Virus record (IMG/VR): IMGVR_UViG_3300037805_000894 | DNA: 64,000 nt | Direction: 5' to 3' (one strand) | Origin: a virus | Shown: positions 49,101 to 54,311 of the stretch, one piece after another | Layout of the letters: each line of letters begins with the position of its first letter | Position numbering within the stretch: position 1 is the first letter of the stretch | The notes under the pieces: generated by a model | Seen by the model: the letters and a program-made list of their open reading frames with translations, nothing else | Databases searched by the model: none | What the model was told of the DNA's origin: nothing | Made by a program: the position numbers and the translations under genes

Positions 49101-49579
49101 AATATGGTGCGTATGGCCGCTACTCTTCCTTTAATCCGCAAAACATGGCAACCAGGTTAGGAGGCACATGGATAGGCTCATTTGATATTTCAGGGGCCTA
49201 CATAGACGCTACCTATACGGAAATCAATACTGAAGTACATAGTGCACCTCTAGCTGTTGGCTCAGAGGTAACTGGCGATAATTATTTTAAAGGGTGTATA
49301 GACGAGGTAGCTTATATGCCTGATGTTTTCTTAGATCACACAACAGTAGGTGACTGGCTACGACAAAGTGGTTTGGGGGGTTTAGAAACTAAACGTCCCC
49401 ATGGGTCACATTATGTAACTGAGATTGGGGCTACTAGGGTTAATGGGTTTGCGTTAAGAAACGAGGAAGGCGCACTTATAGAAGGGCTAGCAAGTGAAGA
49501 ATCTCAAACTAATATAAATTTCCGCTTTGACCAGGAAGGTAATATGGGGACAGATGACGCTAGGAGAATGGGTAGATGA
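34133..49579 (+). CDS. giant adhesin/tail-fibre-like protein (CBM-like, about 8 Big_5 Ig repeats, LamG domains)
   Basis: 5148 aa; NL(I/L)xNxxF(D/E) modules; PTVxSTxPxDGA...F(D/S)E...FTP...L...Y...ITDxxGN...WxFTT repeats at about 44950-48070; FTVAAWTK...FKGCIDEV. Confidence 0.8.
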   Translation: MAIPNKAKKGIFRDTPPLVWSPAFGGFKNDTINIRLVSRKLALNPNEIQGGIYETAVKSATITLDETVNPLISNKPYKKRSKQKMLKVGDSLGVVEFDNLVEVNQGHKKKDYTFDVSKVFHIKLKEKLSTLIFLKHAELAGETITLPVILTFTYRDKGIEILKGAINIKIEQATTQRGKNFLYGGIREATTLGVMGYTGVQDKTLPLVNIENKLLDTYSYSPLAFSPSSTNAASLSLYGKALALRKYDIERKVKQTISIPAYNIKFGSTKEGLYKVSYNKVSKVSITFNKGITSIPLYGALRVTDLMQDSTGNSFRLKAKNIANITNPQIVAYAFKGKGDVSSIFDSNIATSTIPYEQVSTDERIYKFKYTTEFNSFISSFRGSGSLYIGFSGTDFKTGEYIYYASPDMYLEVNKTSNILNVSALDTRSFFEDITLKGSNFLDNKLPKFDQIRTDLMYVTAKGALESNAYQTEILNTDDIHIINSSRLTFNLEPSQLLSSFIKSGKRVALRVSLLKNGQFLENSDAFIAIEEPAIQRNVLAGATVRNGLLQKEGITTLSFNSVSKASQDGSVSILLFKPGTIPNNPLALPVQGKSSFTSNNIVGYIDLINSSLRSQKGLFHIDGTVKLTGDTAGLETVDVLFLHNTTPNVDFKGTYKQYVIAKNLKLSTSNTTPIQPVSRNSLFQWTKGKRADFTCTTDFSDGGHAANPSFVYTATGELIGEAFPDDNLKDIERNVQEWRLVDEQHIKDYKQRWHGVADVVIETPYPITQEYTTQSVMIGREPQIIGLTPYGDRYMEINGTGFSSENKTHTQAGLEKWESCVNGVSFYNKVSKDLVGHVPYTDEVLRSSNGHERFHIDVAGIYDSSSPQDLYAVVSTDYGCDWETLSLHTASIILSTTISATKSVSGQMISKGDTISIDIEGDIHTTQSLTPITVLQGANTTTITDNSKVYLRYSDGDYTTASTFNQRVYCLMHSLTGMSAGSLTVSFDSFSTELAYTYTGLTELNTADPSILAIHPGTAQPTSDGWFTSTGLVKNTTNTEADDIVYNGIDFTFANAVATHRTDLFDSKGALVYIADGYDSIADAFNTASAYTHTSSSKGGVAHINCHNLLHTSSFTYYYAIDQASLSISDEIVGTEFEPIGSYGMTQWGLGPEESIDAGFAVPGVSNVPWGLFSNDYVRGQNAITKTNLIGKPKVSIRAIKNNVSFTRIDSPISTIIRGPVGSVRDVIEGNEINASFDSTSNIISPDNAVETVMPLVFNHNPGTTPTHFGVTTVGNGLQAKVAYIDSLTLFSKEDSALPQQNKHANQFHVQVTSAAPGGKGFSALTEGLYQKSIYTDKTISTDSARWGDTFNHDYLYKGWLYTSSDSTEVSNELVAELTQQPDGANDKLFNVCDRAAFSFNITSYRTLKEGEIYLLETQNTLRSEAIPVTIPYGVQKGNSTLDDSFINGNLWGSKESIPGGYVIGLNAVKFIQKNTIEAVTEAGDILKPNVHGKIKLKKNIKHKIPLTLKYKPAFTNESGFAEIGYIYKQDNKRLLYKNPHNYYITRTGKKPEIRFASSMHLKSKVISEDKQNILRGLPVATSNIKEVWIFDPKKGTTALILDYQLHGGFISFSIDRLKTAGFVEEDKVCVGVLDDRQYVFVSPELYSLDIGSTSLSVNYISDLNKTLDITSAKPVISLRLTKERKNIVKAALAVPYAIKSAFFPDTIVIVPFSFSVSTEKHNGLDYIALHVQLEKHIKKILPNKKQVGLIFTKNTGGHGFTNAGITIQNRKTSVSEKSFGKEDSITELLPAPKLAPSVKHYTDGVTQEQWANPRTVNHETIYWSKQLEFAKYYDQDTEKMSHIFSEQSSHYLGRRISGKYFLAHPDLFNKFNEDNNQTAFDSYFSFYGNVYLDEGSGAVLSTTSDISTLEQNQLFRTENDSFVRYLKSQTALTGLYDNTEWQEAHLRLSSFSPLDLPDTTYAYFTVERMDYMYPGLESSDSIAASELETLNLQIINLDAQNYTGSDAPTPSVDTLYQYEYLEDTTATTYWDIQPKQLNSTKDHVIRISGKNLLGNLNRATADIIPLGYEEPTIRLYSTDSSSYITASFNKGFGTDLTYLAASSDARLYATFKIEDNDWAFDGWGDLYIETKWSINGETHTYSTLVESALYVTSSPQVELIDERIQTCVHDSTTFSYNTFNFGTIAHTEAVAPSGTDTTLLPGVTLKIAETSMSFTESISAYVYRIDNSEIYSDKLFVDPILAEEKEFSGVMFSKDLTSATPLIDWAAFELPDLSGTSLTITSSLNLPEYTQYAKKLSEKRFDYGLESSITTSYTVNDLTSTLSTERGLASYRTRALSFAHYDMPRIISVLGTDKNNIVNLDQGILSGEAFLAIMCEYNNNSVSKLGDIQGINLSFGTEGVSSINIGFGEGTYGTLTVLNDGMYKTIKFYPNNDFSSLLNGFRTGGWMDISLIVGHVYNNARVTTTDYRALRIAWTPWDIEGTSGTSINAAPSTDAVMYRMRIMEDYNTNELRIGWSGHFGTQTYEVSHQEALCDVGLEDSAADWWVFAATVGYSQEGYTGNGMIKLYGAREKDLVANLDNARDPAALVDNSTIVRETFRGMQLLGEYDVGPQNHMGFISNEEYNIPDPENSEEILEATVSNFRFQVGRSPHPNHSRDMMGNYSATAMELLTASYVDADISDLVILPKTYSSHEDVTNFAFTPKRRSWETYGNAGITMPNLIQDASFEWLRLSTGVTHPFDGGWYTSDTEATVSNSIAFADNKARLILPPEAGAGTSVSQDFILKKSSTYKLSFDHISFNTADTNKTAVYISPYMTIEGRIASDSINVDAGDAPIYYNFNTYRWDTVVSNATVYYGPIHKWWFNNEALLFNALDADIRASITIGMIQSQGGYTGNGVLAIDNVSVTPMYGQRRAIQNSNLTAFTNDPSIEVWRWSLGDGASVGFIPTTAGSNTTMERPMSGYAVCTLPEALAADPNVDKPFIAQDLEAYTLEPGCDYALSFKAWSSSSDGFVTFTLENNRTNEYLQADGSWGIAWDAIEKDLNPNTYTTVSDVVGAVIRSQVNYTYEHIFNTRDSKVSDSYTLTIGNRAKDSDVDRPAVLLDDIQLYRYNQPQNSFESAGLGDNIIISGEGGLALPHDSSWQFNKKYSAETIFCIKNTFRDDSLIGTIATNANADIAATVLDSRLQGDSEPYVELLNIGHGNSSKGISIWVEGVEADGLFSNKLFASIPRGANKIQFSFDAALDTDGWYWVGLSKDSDILASCSLYRWNGSKDIQAWEELEVQVVGIGDSNYSATGENLLRNPNFDANQPDEHEAFHWVFGPTLGGEGRGHVILNTTTLISTAHLPVHGDLPLMHQVLVNPTTLTATNALTAEITFSVDSSTIVDGETCFILAIQGNEGITGFHEVKYDAATMAYPQECVYNAPIFHTGSLNLNKEYNATVFAVLLKVDHIDTGDQIKDYNSALVDGDEVTVTSVSLAAQEKTMPFLVATKKENVNHALANGSRFSFMIESVGNGMTTPTAPYSNYFTILEEPGEAPETFNFDITYNSSGHFFDFELKNASATDYGRTFTIRTEIVDTNPSYRLMDVNGNKLEKYEYKIRIANAAPAVASVIHTRPVNNAVDVNPAEELMIYVDHLLNVKDVNLTTVYIEDAASVKVDAVVTYYASIDAIGITPTAPLVDNTAYTLVMDSVWDFSGAKLPTQNWDFTTGTYAAPFQSLLQNGAFELPVAAPWSITNQGTVMFDAAKQSNIAVCPIDTQYDTVIAYAAGSHPRHTLTKGRLYMVNFDLKVTTSMAEGDILFFIEYGTEFYPYTVTYKNAYSTWTNVSFPLPSYATDGESKLVIRQRVKDSVPPYNTVRESDLVTGDEIRLDNIRIDFGASTQGPPVIMERTATIDAPIADPCFIELNESIIQASEYVLTKDFDMVVQDGGSVVTGALSYDDTTKRLAFTPDQLFSYGTTYNIRLNYVSGSIMNKFFVPLEPQILYFNTEQSQGDTTAPTVESTYPSDGATFVYINSIVYCEFDEAMDTGLLDGTTFTLTNTTTGFPVPASFSWNAAQNRATLTPSSDLTLDHDYIATLDASITDLAGNLLDGGEYTWTFDTLASNVAPYITSVTPPDGSRDVALDTDVIVVFSEHVNGVDTNSLDVREPGGTKPAQVLVYDSNTFTATITFNADLDEDYLYYVEATAALITDNEGAPLVGQLQTFFVTEKINTPPVLDSTWPTDGATDIAETVTIRGTFNEAIDPASATTNNFLLEDSSGTPITGSVGIYAQNNALVYFVPDVALTNDEEYTATLTTGITDLEGAPLANAEVWSFTITSNSPDTTPPTVDSTSPLSGDIDIARRDTLVEVTFSEPIDRNTIDQYSFEILDSALTPLGGAYSFTTNDTVVVFTPASYSLDPLETFTVTLSTDIADIAGNTLAAPYSWSFTTADVSPPTVVSTNPADTDIDIPIGTSITAIFDEDLDAATVTGTSFTLETGGNPVAGSVVFNHNTLEARFIPESYLSNSTLYTATLTTAITNLDGDNLGADEVWTFTTVAAGGGDVTPPEVTGTFPFNTAVNVERTIAITATFDEDLSAASVDDDSFLVEVNGTPVTGVIVYDPITYTATFTPKSLLSASSIYVVTLTTNITDVAGNSLVEYTWVFTTNSTSIGLPSPIPAQPISIGSKNKTFFKFDGMYTTSSEGGYMPNESGKFIWRFDNPNYCNNTGQGKAKNTVIEGSGDLTLPTAFFDEDSLWGKYSLRIPREYMDGTPAAYIEGGQEIAEVDWTNLTTLDLASSFVCLDGSESTHRHTKFTVAAWTKLDQYKSSPYGDSNTIIACSHYKFPTSAAESAAAYYDDWHSYDYAGDWGSKKYFGFKKGDTADQEDAGITGFAFYNNHYSDGSDESYLPELKVNIWAPNSTLENTAETVMGVPVGIKQGATLRLISQGVSNEQHITHSANEWWLTLNSFNIEGGKIENYTLRIPESAVREALDNNDATIFDLEHGTAGKQYGAYGRYSSFNPQNMATRLGGTWIGSFDISGAYIDATYTEINTEVHSAPLAVGSEVTGDNYFKGCIDEVAYMPDVFLDHTTVGDWLRQSGLGGLETKRPHGSHYVTEIGATRVNGFALRNEEGALIEGLASEESQTNINFRFDQEGNMGTDDARRMGR

Positions 49580-49677
49580 GTTTGCATCTTTATATAGAGA
49601 AATATGCAAGTATCACTTACAAAAAACATCAACAACGTGTTGCTGATAAGTCGGCGGGAAAGGGAAGCCCCAAGTAA
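49576..49677 (+). CDS. 33-aa basic mini-protein MSLHLYIEKYASITYKKHQQRVADKSAGKGSPK
   Basis: ATGA overlap with the giant gene's stop. Confidence 0.35.
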   Translation: MSLHLYIEKYASITYKKHQQRVADKSAGKGSPK

Positions 49678-49756
49678 GTATTGATCAGTATCTATACCAG
49701 ATGAGCTCAATAAAGAAAAGCTTAAATGAGCAATTCTTAGATGTGCCTAAAAAGAA

Positions 49757-50041
49757 CTAAGACCTACCTTCACCTTCGTAGTCCTCTCCCCAGAAAGGAT
49801 TACTCTTAACTTTCTCTTTCTTAGCTTTACACATTTTCTCATTGAAAGATCTTAAATAGTTTACCCAAAGCTCAGGCTCCCTCTCTGATTTATTTAACTG
49901 GTACTCTAGGAAGGCAGGCTGCATTTCTAATATATGCTCTTCGGCTAGTGATAAGCGGAGCTTAAGTATTTTAATCTCTTCTTCTAGCTGTTTTTTTGAT
50001 TTAGACATTTGTTCTCCTTTTTCATGCTTCATTCTCCGCAT
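49757..50041 (-). CDS. hypothetical protein
   Basis: ORF; SD AAGGAG precedes the internal MSKSKK start. Confidence 0.6.
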   Translation of the reverse strand: MRRMKHEKGEQMSKSKKQLEEEIKILKLRLSLAEEHILEMQPAFLEYQLNKSEREPELWVNYLRSFNEKMCKAKKEKVKSNPFWGEDYEGEGRS

Positions 50042-50226
50042 CCCGCACCTGTTCGGAGCTCATCAGTCTGATAGACTTTTGAGGTATCGCAGTTCCACAC
50101 GGAGATTATGGTTAAGACAAAGGTGATAGAGAAGGCTATGGCTGTGATAGCCGCAAGGCGTAGCCCTCCTACGCATTCTCTGTGATATTCGTATTCTTCT
50201 TTGTTCATTTTTAGGTATCTCCCCAA
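50029..50226 (-). CDS. small membrane protein
   Basis: One hydrophobic helix. Confidence 0.5.
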   Translation of the reverse strand: MGRYLKMNKEEYEYHRECVGGLRLAAITAIAFSITFVLTIISVWNCDTSKVYQTDELRTGAGCGE

Positions 50227-50260
50227 GAATACCTTAAAGGATCATTAGGGAGATTGAATC

Positions 50261-50839
50261 TTAGTAGGTGTAGTCTCCTGCTTCCCATCTACCAAAACCG
50301 AAAGGGTAGGTGGTAGCAAACGCTTCTTCTTGTAAACTAGGAAGGAAACATTGGAAGTGAAAAAAAGAATCATATCCTTTCTCAGCGTAAACATTTGTGT
50401 AGTGGGATAGCCCTTGATGGTAAGTTGTATTAACATCTACGGATACTGCGAACAGTAAGCCCAGATGGTCTTCAGGTGCTATCCATACCAGATTTACATA
50501 GTTATGAGCGACGTTGTTTGGAGACCACTCATCATCATACTCGTATACTACTTGCCATCGTCCCGCAGGGACATTACGCTTTAGTGTTTTTACAACATCC
50601 TCGGAGATATCTGCAACAAAGAAAGGGTCTTCTTGGTCAAGTGGGTAGGAGTATGAAAGACGAAAGTCCGTCCCATAAATGTAAACATCCCCTCTGTAAT
50701 TGTAGTCTTCATTATGTACCGAGCCTTTCAGTACTCCATCTTTGTTCGAATCGGTGAAAACTACATAGTGTTGAAACTGTCCATAGTCGGTATCTACCCC
50801 TGTAAACAGGGCTAGTAAAAGTGTAATTAGTTTAATCAT
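50261..50839 (-). CDS. hypothetical protein with signal peptide
   Basis: MIKLITLLLALFTG N-terminus. Confidence 0.65.
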   Translation of the reverse strand: MIKLITLLLALFTGVDTDYGQFQHYVVFTDSNKDGVLKGSVHNEDYNYRGDVYIYGTDFRLSYSYPLDQEDPFFVADISEDVVKTLKRNVPAGRWQVVYEYDDEWSPNNVAHNYVNLVWIAPEDHLGLLFAVSVDVNTTYHQGLSHYTNVYAEKGYDSFFHFQCFLPSLQEEAFATTYPFGFGRWEAGDYTY

Positions 50840-50841
50840 GA

Positions 50842-51159
50842 TTAGTATCGGAAGACCTTATCTTCCCAAGGTGTTGTTGTTGTTGAATGACCTAAGAGAA
50901 AGTTGATTTCCCCTTGGCAGAACATGCAGTCCTTATAGAAGTTTCCTCCGAGGACATGGTTGTTATGGACTAGTTTTTGGTTGTCTAAACTCACGGGAGC
51001 GGAACAACTAAATATAGCAAATAAGAATATAACCCCTACTATCATAACTAAGGTAGGAATGGTTATATCGATAGCTCGTCTCCAAGCCATCCTCCTAGTA
51101 TGCTCTTTACGAGCTTTTTCTTGTCTTACACGGTATGCATTTTGAAATAATCGAGTCAT
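50842..51159 (-). CDS. membrane or lipoprotein-like hypothetical protein
   Basis: TM helix ending FSCSA; CxxC later in the sequence. Confidence 0.6.
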   Translation of the reverse strand: MTRLFQNAYRVRQEKARKEHTRRMAWRRAIDITIPTLVMIVGVIFLFAIFSCSAPVSLDNQKLVHNNHVLGGNFYKDCMFCQGEINFLLGHSTTTTPWEDKVFRY

Positions 51160-51166
51160 GCTTAAC

Positions 51167-51218
51167 AGTATATACTTTTTAAGTGCATATTGGAAGAAAA
51201 ATAAAAGAAAGGTATAAT
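51167..51218. promoter_or_regulatory. divergent sigma70-like promoters sharing one -35 hexamer
   Basis: Plus strand TTGGAA-N17-TATAAT; minus strand TTCCAA-N17-TATACT; both use 51190-51195. Confidence 0.55.
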
Positions 51219-51226
51219 TTAAAGCT

Positions 51227-51811
51227 ATGACTTATACAAAAAGGTTAAAAGGTCTCTCTAAAAAGAGGATAACTAAAGATACCCAAGGTGTTGAAAAAGC
51301 AGGTTCCATGCATTCCTTATATTTGAGCGGTTTAGCTTCTCAAAAAGAGGCTCTTAAGGAGGCAGCTATACAGCTTACTATAGATAAGCTAGAAGACTTA
51401 AAGCTCGATCATGATTTTACGGGCTCTATGCCGGGCCGTTTTTCGACGCACCTTAACGATGAAGAAGAAGAAGTGGCGAGAGAGTTGTTTGGCAAAGCTA
51501 TTAAAGACTCTTTTGTTCTAAGACATCCTTGGTTAACAGGTATTCCTACGCTCGGAATCGCTCCGATGCGGGCAAGCGCTAATGCTTATAGCGATGCAGT
51601 TAAAGTATTACGTAAAAAATTCCCCAAATTAAGAGATAGAGACGACGCTAATAAGAGCGCGGCTCATGAATATGGTGTCAAGCTTTTTGCAGCACAAGCC
51701 GTTGAGCGTAGAGCGCGGGAAGACGCAGCTTTTAAAATGGAAGCTTTGCAGCAAGCTAGCTCTTTGGGACACAGGGCCGTAGATAGCTATAACCGGAAAA
51801 AGCGTGGCTAG
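51227..51811 (+). CDS. hypothetical Lys/Ala-rich protein, putatively virion-internal
   Basis: 194 aa; LRHPWLTGIPTLG. Confidence 0.65.
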   Translation: MTYTKRLKGLSKKRITKDTQGVEKAGSMHSLYLSGLASQKEALKEAAIQLTIDKLEDLKLDHDFTGSMPGRFSTHLNDEEEEVARELFGKAIKDSFVLRHPWLTGIPTLGIAPMRASANAYSDAVKVLRKKFPKLRDRDDANKSAAHEYGVKLFAAQAVERRAREDAAFKMEALQQASSLGHRAVDSYNRKKRG

Positions 51812-53069
51812 AGGCCTATTAAAAGATTTCGCAGCTGGTTTTGATCCTAGTGGCGTTAAAACAATTGCCTACGGACAGCAAGATGCTATTAAAGGTAAAA
51901 AGAAGTCATCAGCTGGGATAGCCGCTGCTGCTGGTGGCACTCTGGGAGGCTTAACTATTGTACCAGCTCTTGTAGGGGGGCTAACTCAGCTAAAGAGAGG
52001 CGGCCTAGTAAGAAGCTTCGTGCAGGGCATGAAACAACCTTTTAAGTTACTCTATCATGGCAACAGCGCTTCTAAAGGACTTAAAAAGAGTTTAAAAAGT
52101 TCCTATCTATCCAAAAAAACGGCGAAGTCTTTAAGAATATTAGGAAAAGAAAAAACAGCAAATCGCAAGGTACGCAAAGCGCTTACCGATATACGACATG
52201 GCAAAATAAACCTAAAGAATAAAGGGAACCGTGGGGCACTTAAAGCTGTACAAAAGCAAATAGAAAATGAAACTAGTCAAACCACAAAAGCCTTTTTAGT
52301 AAGCGGAGCACTTGCTGGTACATCAGCTGGGATGCAATATGATAAAGGCTACAATCTCGAGAAAGCGCATTTAACCAAAAAAGCCGAAGATGAAACGTCA
52401 AAGAGGTTGAAAAGCTTAGCCGTTGATTCCCTTGTTGGGTTTGGTCTTATAAAGGCACCAGAAGCGGCAGGCTCATTTCTTGCCCATCCTCAATTTAACC
52501 GGCCACATGGTGTTGAGCAACGAGCTGGAAAGGCTCAGTATAACAAATTAAAGAAAATAATGAAATATACTGGCACGAGAATTCAGGATAGCGGGCTAGG
52601 TGCTCACTATAGGACTGATACGCATGCAGTTTTTGCGCCGAAGAAAGGACCTGTTGAAGTACTGGCACACGAGATAGGACACGGTTCTGGTTTAAGAAAC
52701 AGCGCAAAATATCGAAAAGTTCACGAAGCTTTACGAGCCGCCAACCACATCTCAGTAGCTGGTCTGGTACCAGGAGCACTCGCCTGGGCCACTGACGATC
52801 CCTTATTGCAAAACACCGCTTTAGGAGCTTCTATGGTTCCAGCTCTCGGAACAATTAGCGAAGAAGTCCGCGCATCTGTGAGAGGATATAAGGCGTTAAA
52901 AAAGTTAAATATAGGTAAGGCAGGTTTAAAAAGGGCTCGAAAGCATTTAGCACTAGCTGGTGGTACTTACGCTGCCTATTTGTCTCCTCACCTTTTAAAT
53001 ACCTATCTCATAAAGAAATATAAGAAGAAAAAACCTCTTACAAAAAAAGAGCCTAAGGTTAACCCCTAG
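51804..53069 (+). CDS. basic Gly/Ala/Lys-rich protein with zincin metallopeptidase domain
   Basis: LAHEIGHG plus downstream EEVRAS; glycine-zipper-like hydrophobic segments. Confidence 0.7.
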   Translation: MARGLLKDFAAGFDPSGVKTIAYGQQDAIKGKKKSSAGIAAAAGGTLGGLTIVPALVGGLTQLKRGGLVRSFVQGMKQPFKLLYHGNSASKGLKKSLKSSYLSKKTAKSLRILGKEKTANRKVRKALTDIRHGKINLKNKGNRGALKAVQKQIENETSQTTKAFLVSGALAGTSAGMQYDKGYNLEKAHLTKKAEDETSKRLKSLAVDSLVGFGLIKAPEAAGSFLAHPQFNRPHGVEQRAGKAQYNKLKKIMKYTGTRIQDSGLGAHYRTDTHAVFAPKKGPVEVLAHEIGHGSGLRNSAKYRKVHEALRAANHISVAGLVPGALAWATDDPLLQNTALGASMVPALGTISEEVRASVRGYKALKKLNIGKAGLKRARKHLALAGGTYAAYLSPHLLNTYLIKKYKKKKPLTKKEPKVNP

Positions 53070-53080
53070 GCTCTTTTTTA
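53042..53080. terminator. bidirectional terminator between convergent genes
   Basis: AAAAAAAGAGCCTA-loop-TAGGCTCTTTTTT. Confidence 0.85.
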
Positions 53081-53635
53081 TACGTTCAAAGTTTGCGTGT
53101 AGTGTTGAAGGGCTTGCTCAATGTGCTCCCAAAGCCAACCCGAGAATGCTTCACAATCGATATCACAATCATCCCAGTAATCTCCTTCCTCCCATCGTGC
53201 TTCTGAGATATTCTCACCTTTATCGTTTATTATGAATTCAGGGCAATTGAATTCCTTCCCTTGCTCGTAACGTATAACACCACCCTGGTAAGCGGTTACT
53301 CCTAAGTAATCATTCTCTATCGAATCTTCTTGTAAGATGAAAAAGATCTTAGGGTAGGCAGTGGAGACATCTATCAGCCAGCAGTGCGGAGCGCTCCAAG
53401 CGCATTCACAGCTGACTGAGAAAGAGGTTTTTTCTGTGTCTTTACGCAGTTCTTGAAAGGTAGGTGGAGACGGATCCCATAGCCTAGCTATACCCCCTCT
53501 AAATTTACTATATAAGCCGCCTAAGCAGATTACGTCATATGTTCCATCTGCTTTTGACACAGACTTCTCTATAAAGGCGGAAATTTCCTCTGGTGGTCCA
53601 TGAACGTGTATCGTTGCTGAAACGTAATTAGCCAT
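53078..53635 (-). CDS. YubB/DUF1281-like ferredoxin-fold protein
   Basis: MANYVSATIHVHG, CAWSAP..W...S..YP. Confidence 0.55.
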   Translation of the reverse strand: MANYVSATIHVHGPPEEISAFIEKSVSKADGTYDVICLGGLYSKFRGGIARLWDPSPPTFQELRKDTEKTSFSVSCECAWSAPHCWLIDVSTAYPKIFFILQEDSIENDYLGVTAYQGGVIRYEQGKEFNCPEFIINDKGENISEARWEEGDYWDDCDIDCEAFSGWLWEHIEQALQHYTQTLNV

Positions 53636-54071
53636 TTTTGCACTCCTTTATGAACCCTTCGAAAACCTCTTCAAAGTCTTCCTCGCAATCATCATGGTCT
53701 ATCTCGTACTGTGTAATTGCGGTTTCTTTGCCATGGTATACCTCAATTTCAGTGAACCCTTCATCATAATCTCCAGATAATATTATATATACATTAGGAT
53801 ACTTTTTTGCCACTTTACCCGCCCATTCTGTAGGAGGCCCATTTTGACATGTCAAACCAAGTTCAAGGATTCCTTCCTTTATAAGATAAGGCAGCTCTTC
53901 ACTGTCTGCTGTCATAACTTCGGGTATTGAACCATCTTTAATATCCTCCCATATACCCCCTAATGTAAGAGGGTTAATATCAGATCCGTCTGGTTCGTGT
54001 GTAGAGATAATATCTGTAAGAGTTTTTGTATCAGCTACAATACAAAGCCTTGAAGTGACTATGTTCGCCAT
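53628..54071 (-). CDS. paralog of 53078..53635
   Basis: MANIV, LGG, PPTEW..VAKKYP similarity. Confidence 0.55.
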   Translation of the reverse strand: MANIVTSRLCIVADTKTLTDIISTHEPDGSDINPLTLGGIWEDIKDGSIPEVMTADSEELPYLIKEGILELGLTCQNGPPTEWAGKVAKKYPNVYIILSGDYDEGFTEIEVYHGKETAITQYEIDHDDCEEDFEEVFEGFIKECKNG

Positions 54072-54271
54072 GATGTATTTATGTAATTAGCGGTTTCGAA
54101 GTGCTTTAAAGCGGCTTCACGGGAATCAAAAGTTTGCTGAGGCGTATCAACTCTTGAAGTATCAAAGAAGGTAAAATACTTACCAGCACCTAAATGAACT
54201 AAGTCACCTAGATATATATTATTTCTATATACAAAATCTTTGTTATCGTCTAATTTGTGTAGTGTAAGCAT
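54059..54271 (-). CDS. hypothetical protein
   Basis: 70-aa ORF. Confidence 0.5.
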   Translation of the reverse strand: MLTLHKLDDNKDFVYRNNIYLGDLVHLGAGKYFTFFDTSRVDTPQQTFDSREAALKHFETANYINTSWRT

Positions 54272-54274
54272 AAG

Positions 54275-54302
54275 TAAAAAGGGGGTATACGTTTATACCC
54301 CC
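54275..54302 (-). terminator. intrinsic terminator after the GHKL-nuclease gene
   Basis: GGGGGTATA-loop-TATACCCCC with a minus-strand T-run. Confidence 0.85.
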
Positions 54303-54311
54303 TAGGTAGTC

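Noticed and set aside
19243-49579. Many short antisense ORFs within the giant genes; diversity-generating retroelement
   Set aside because: The antisense ORFs are codon-bias shadows; no reverse transcriptase or TR/VR pair was seen
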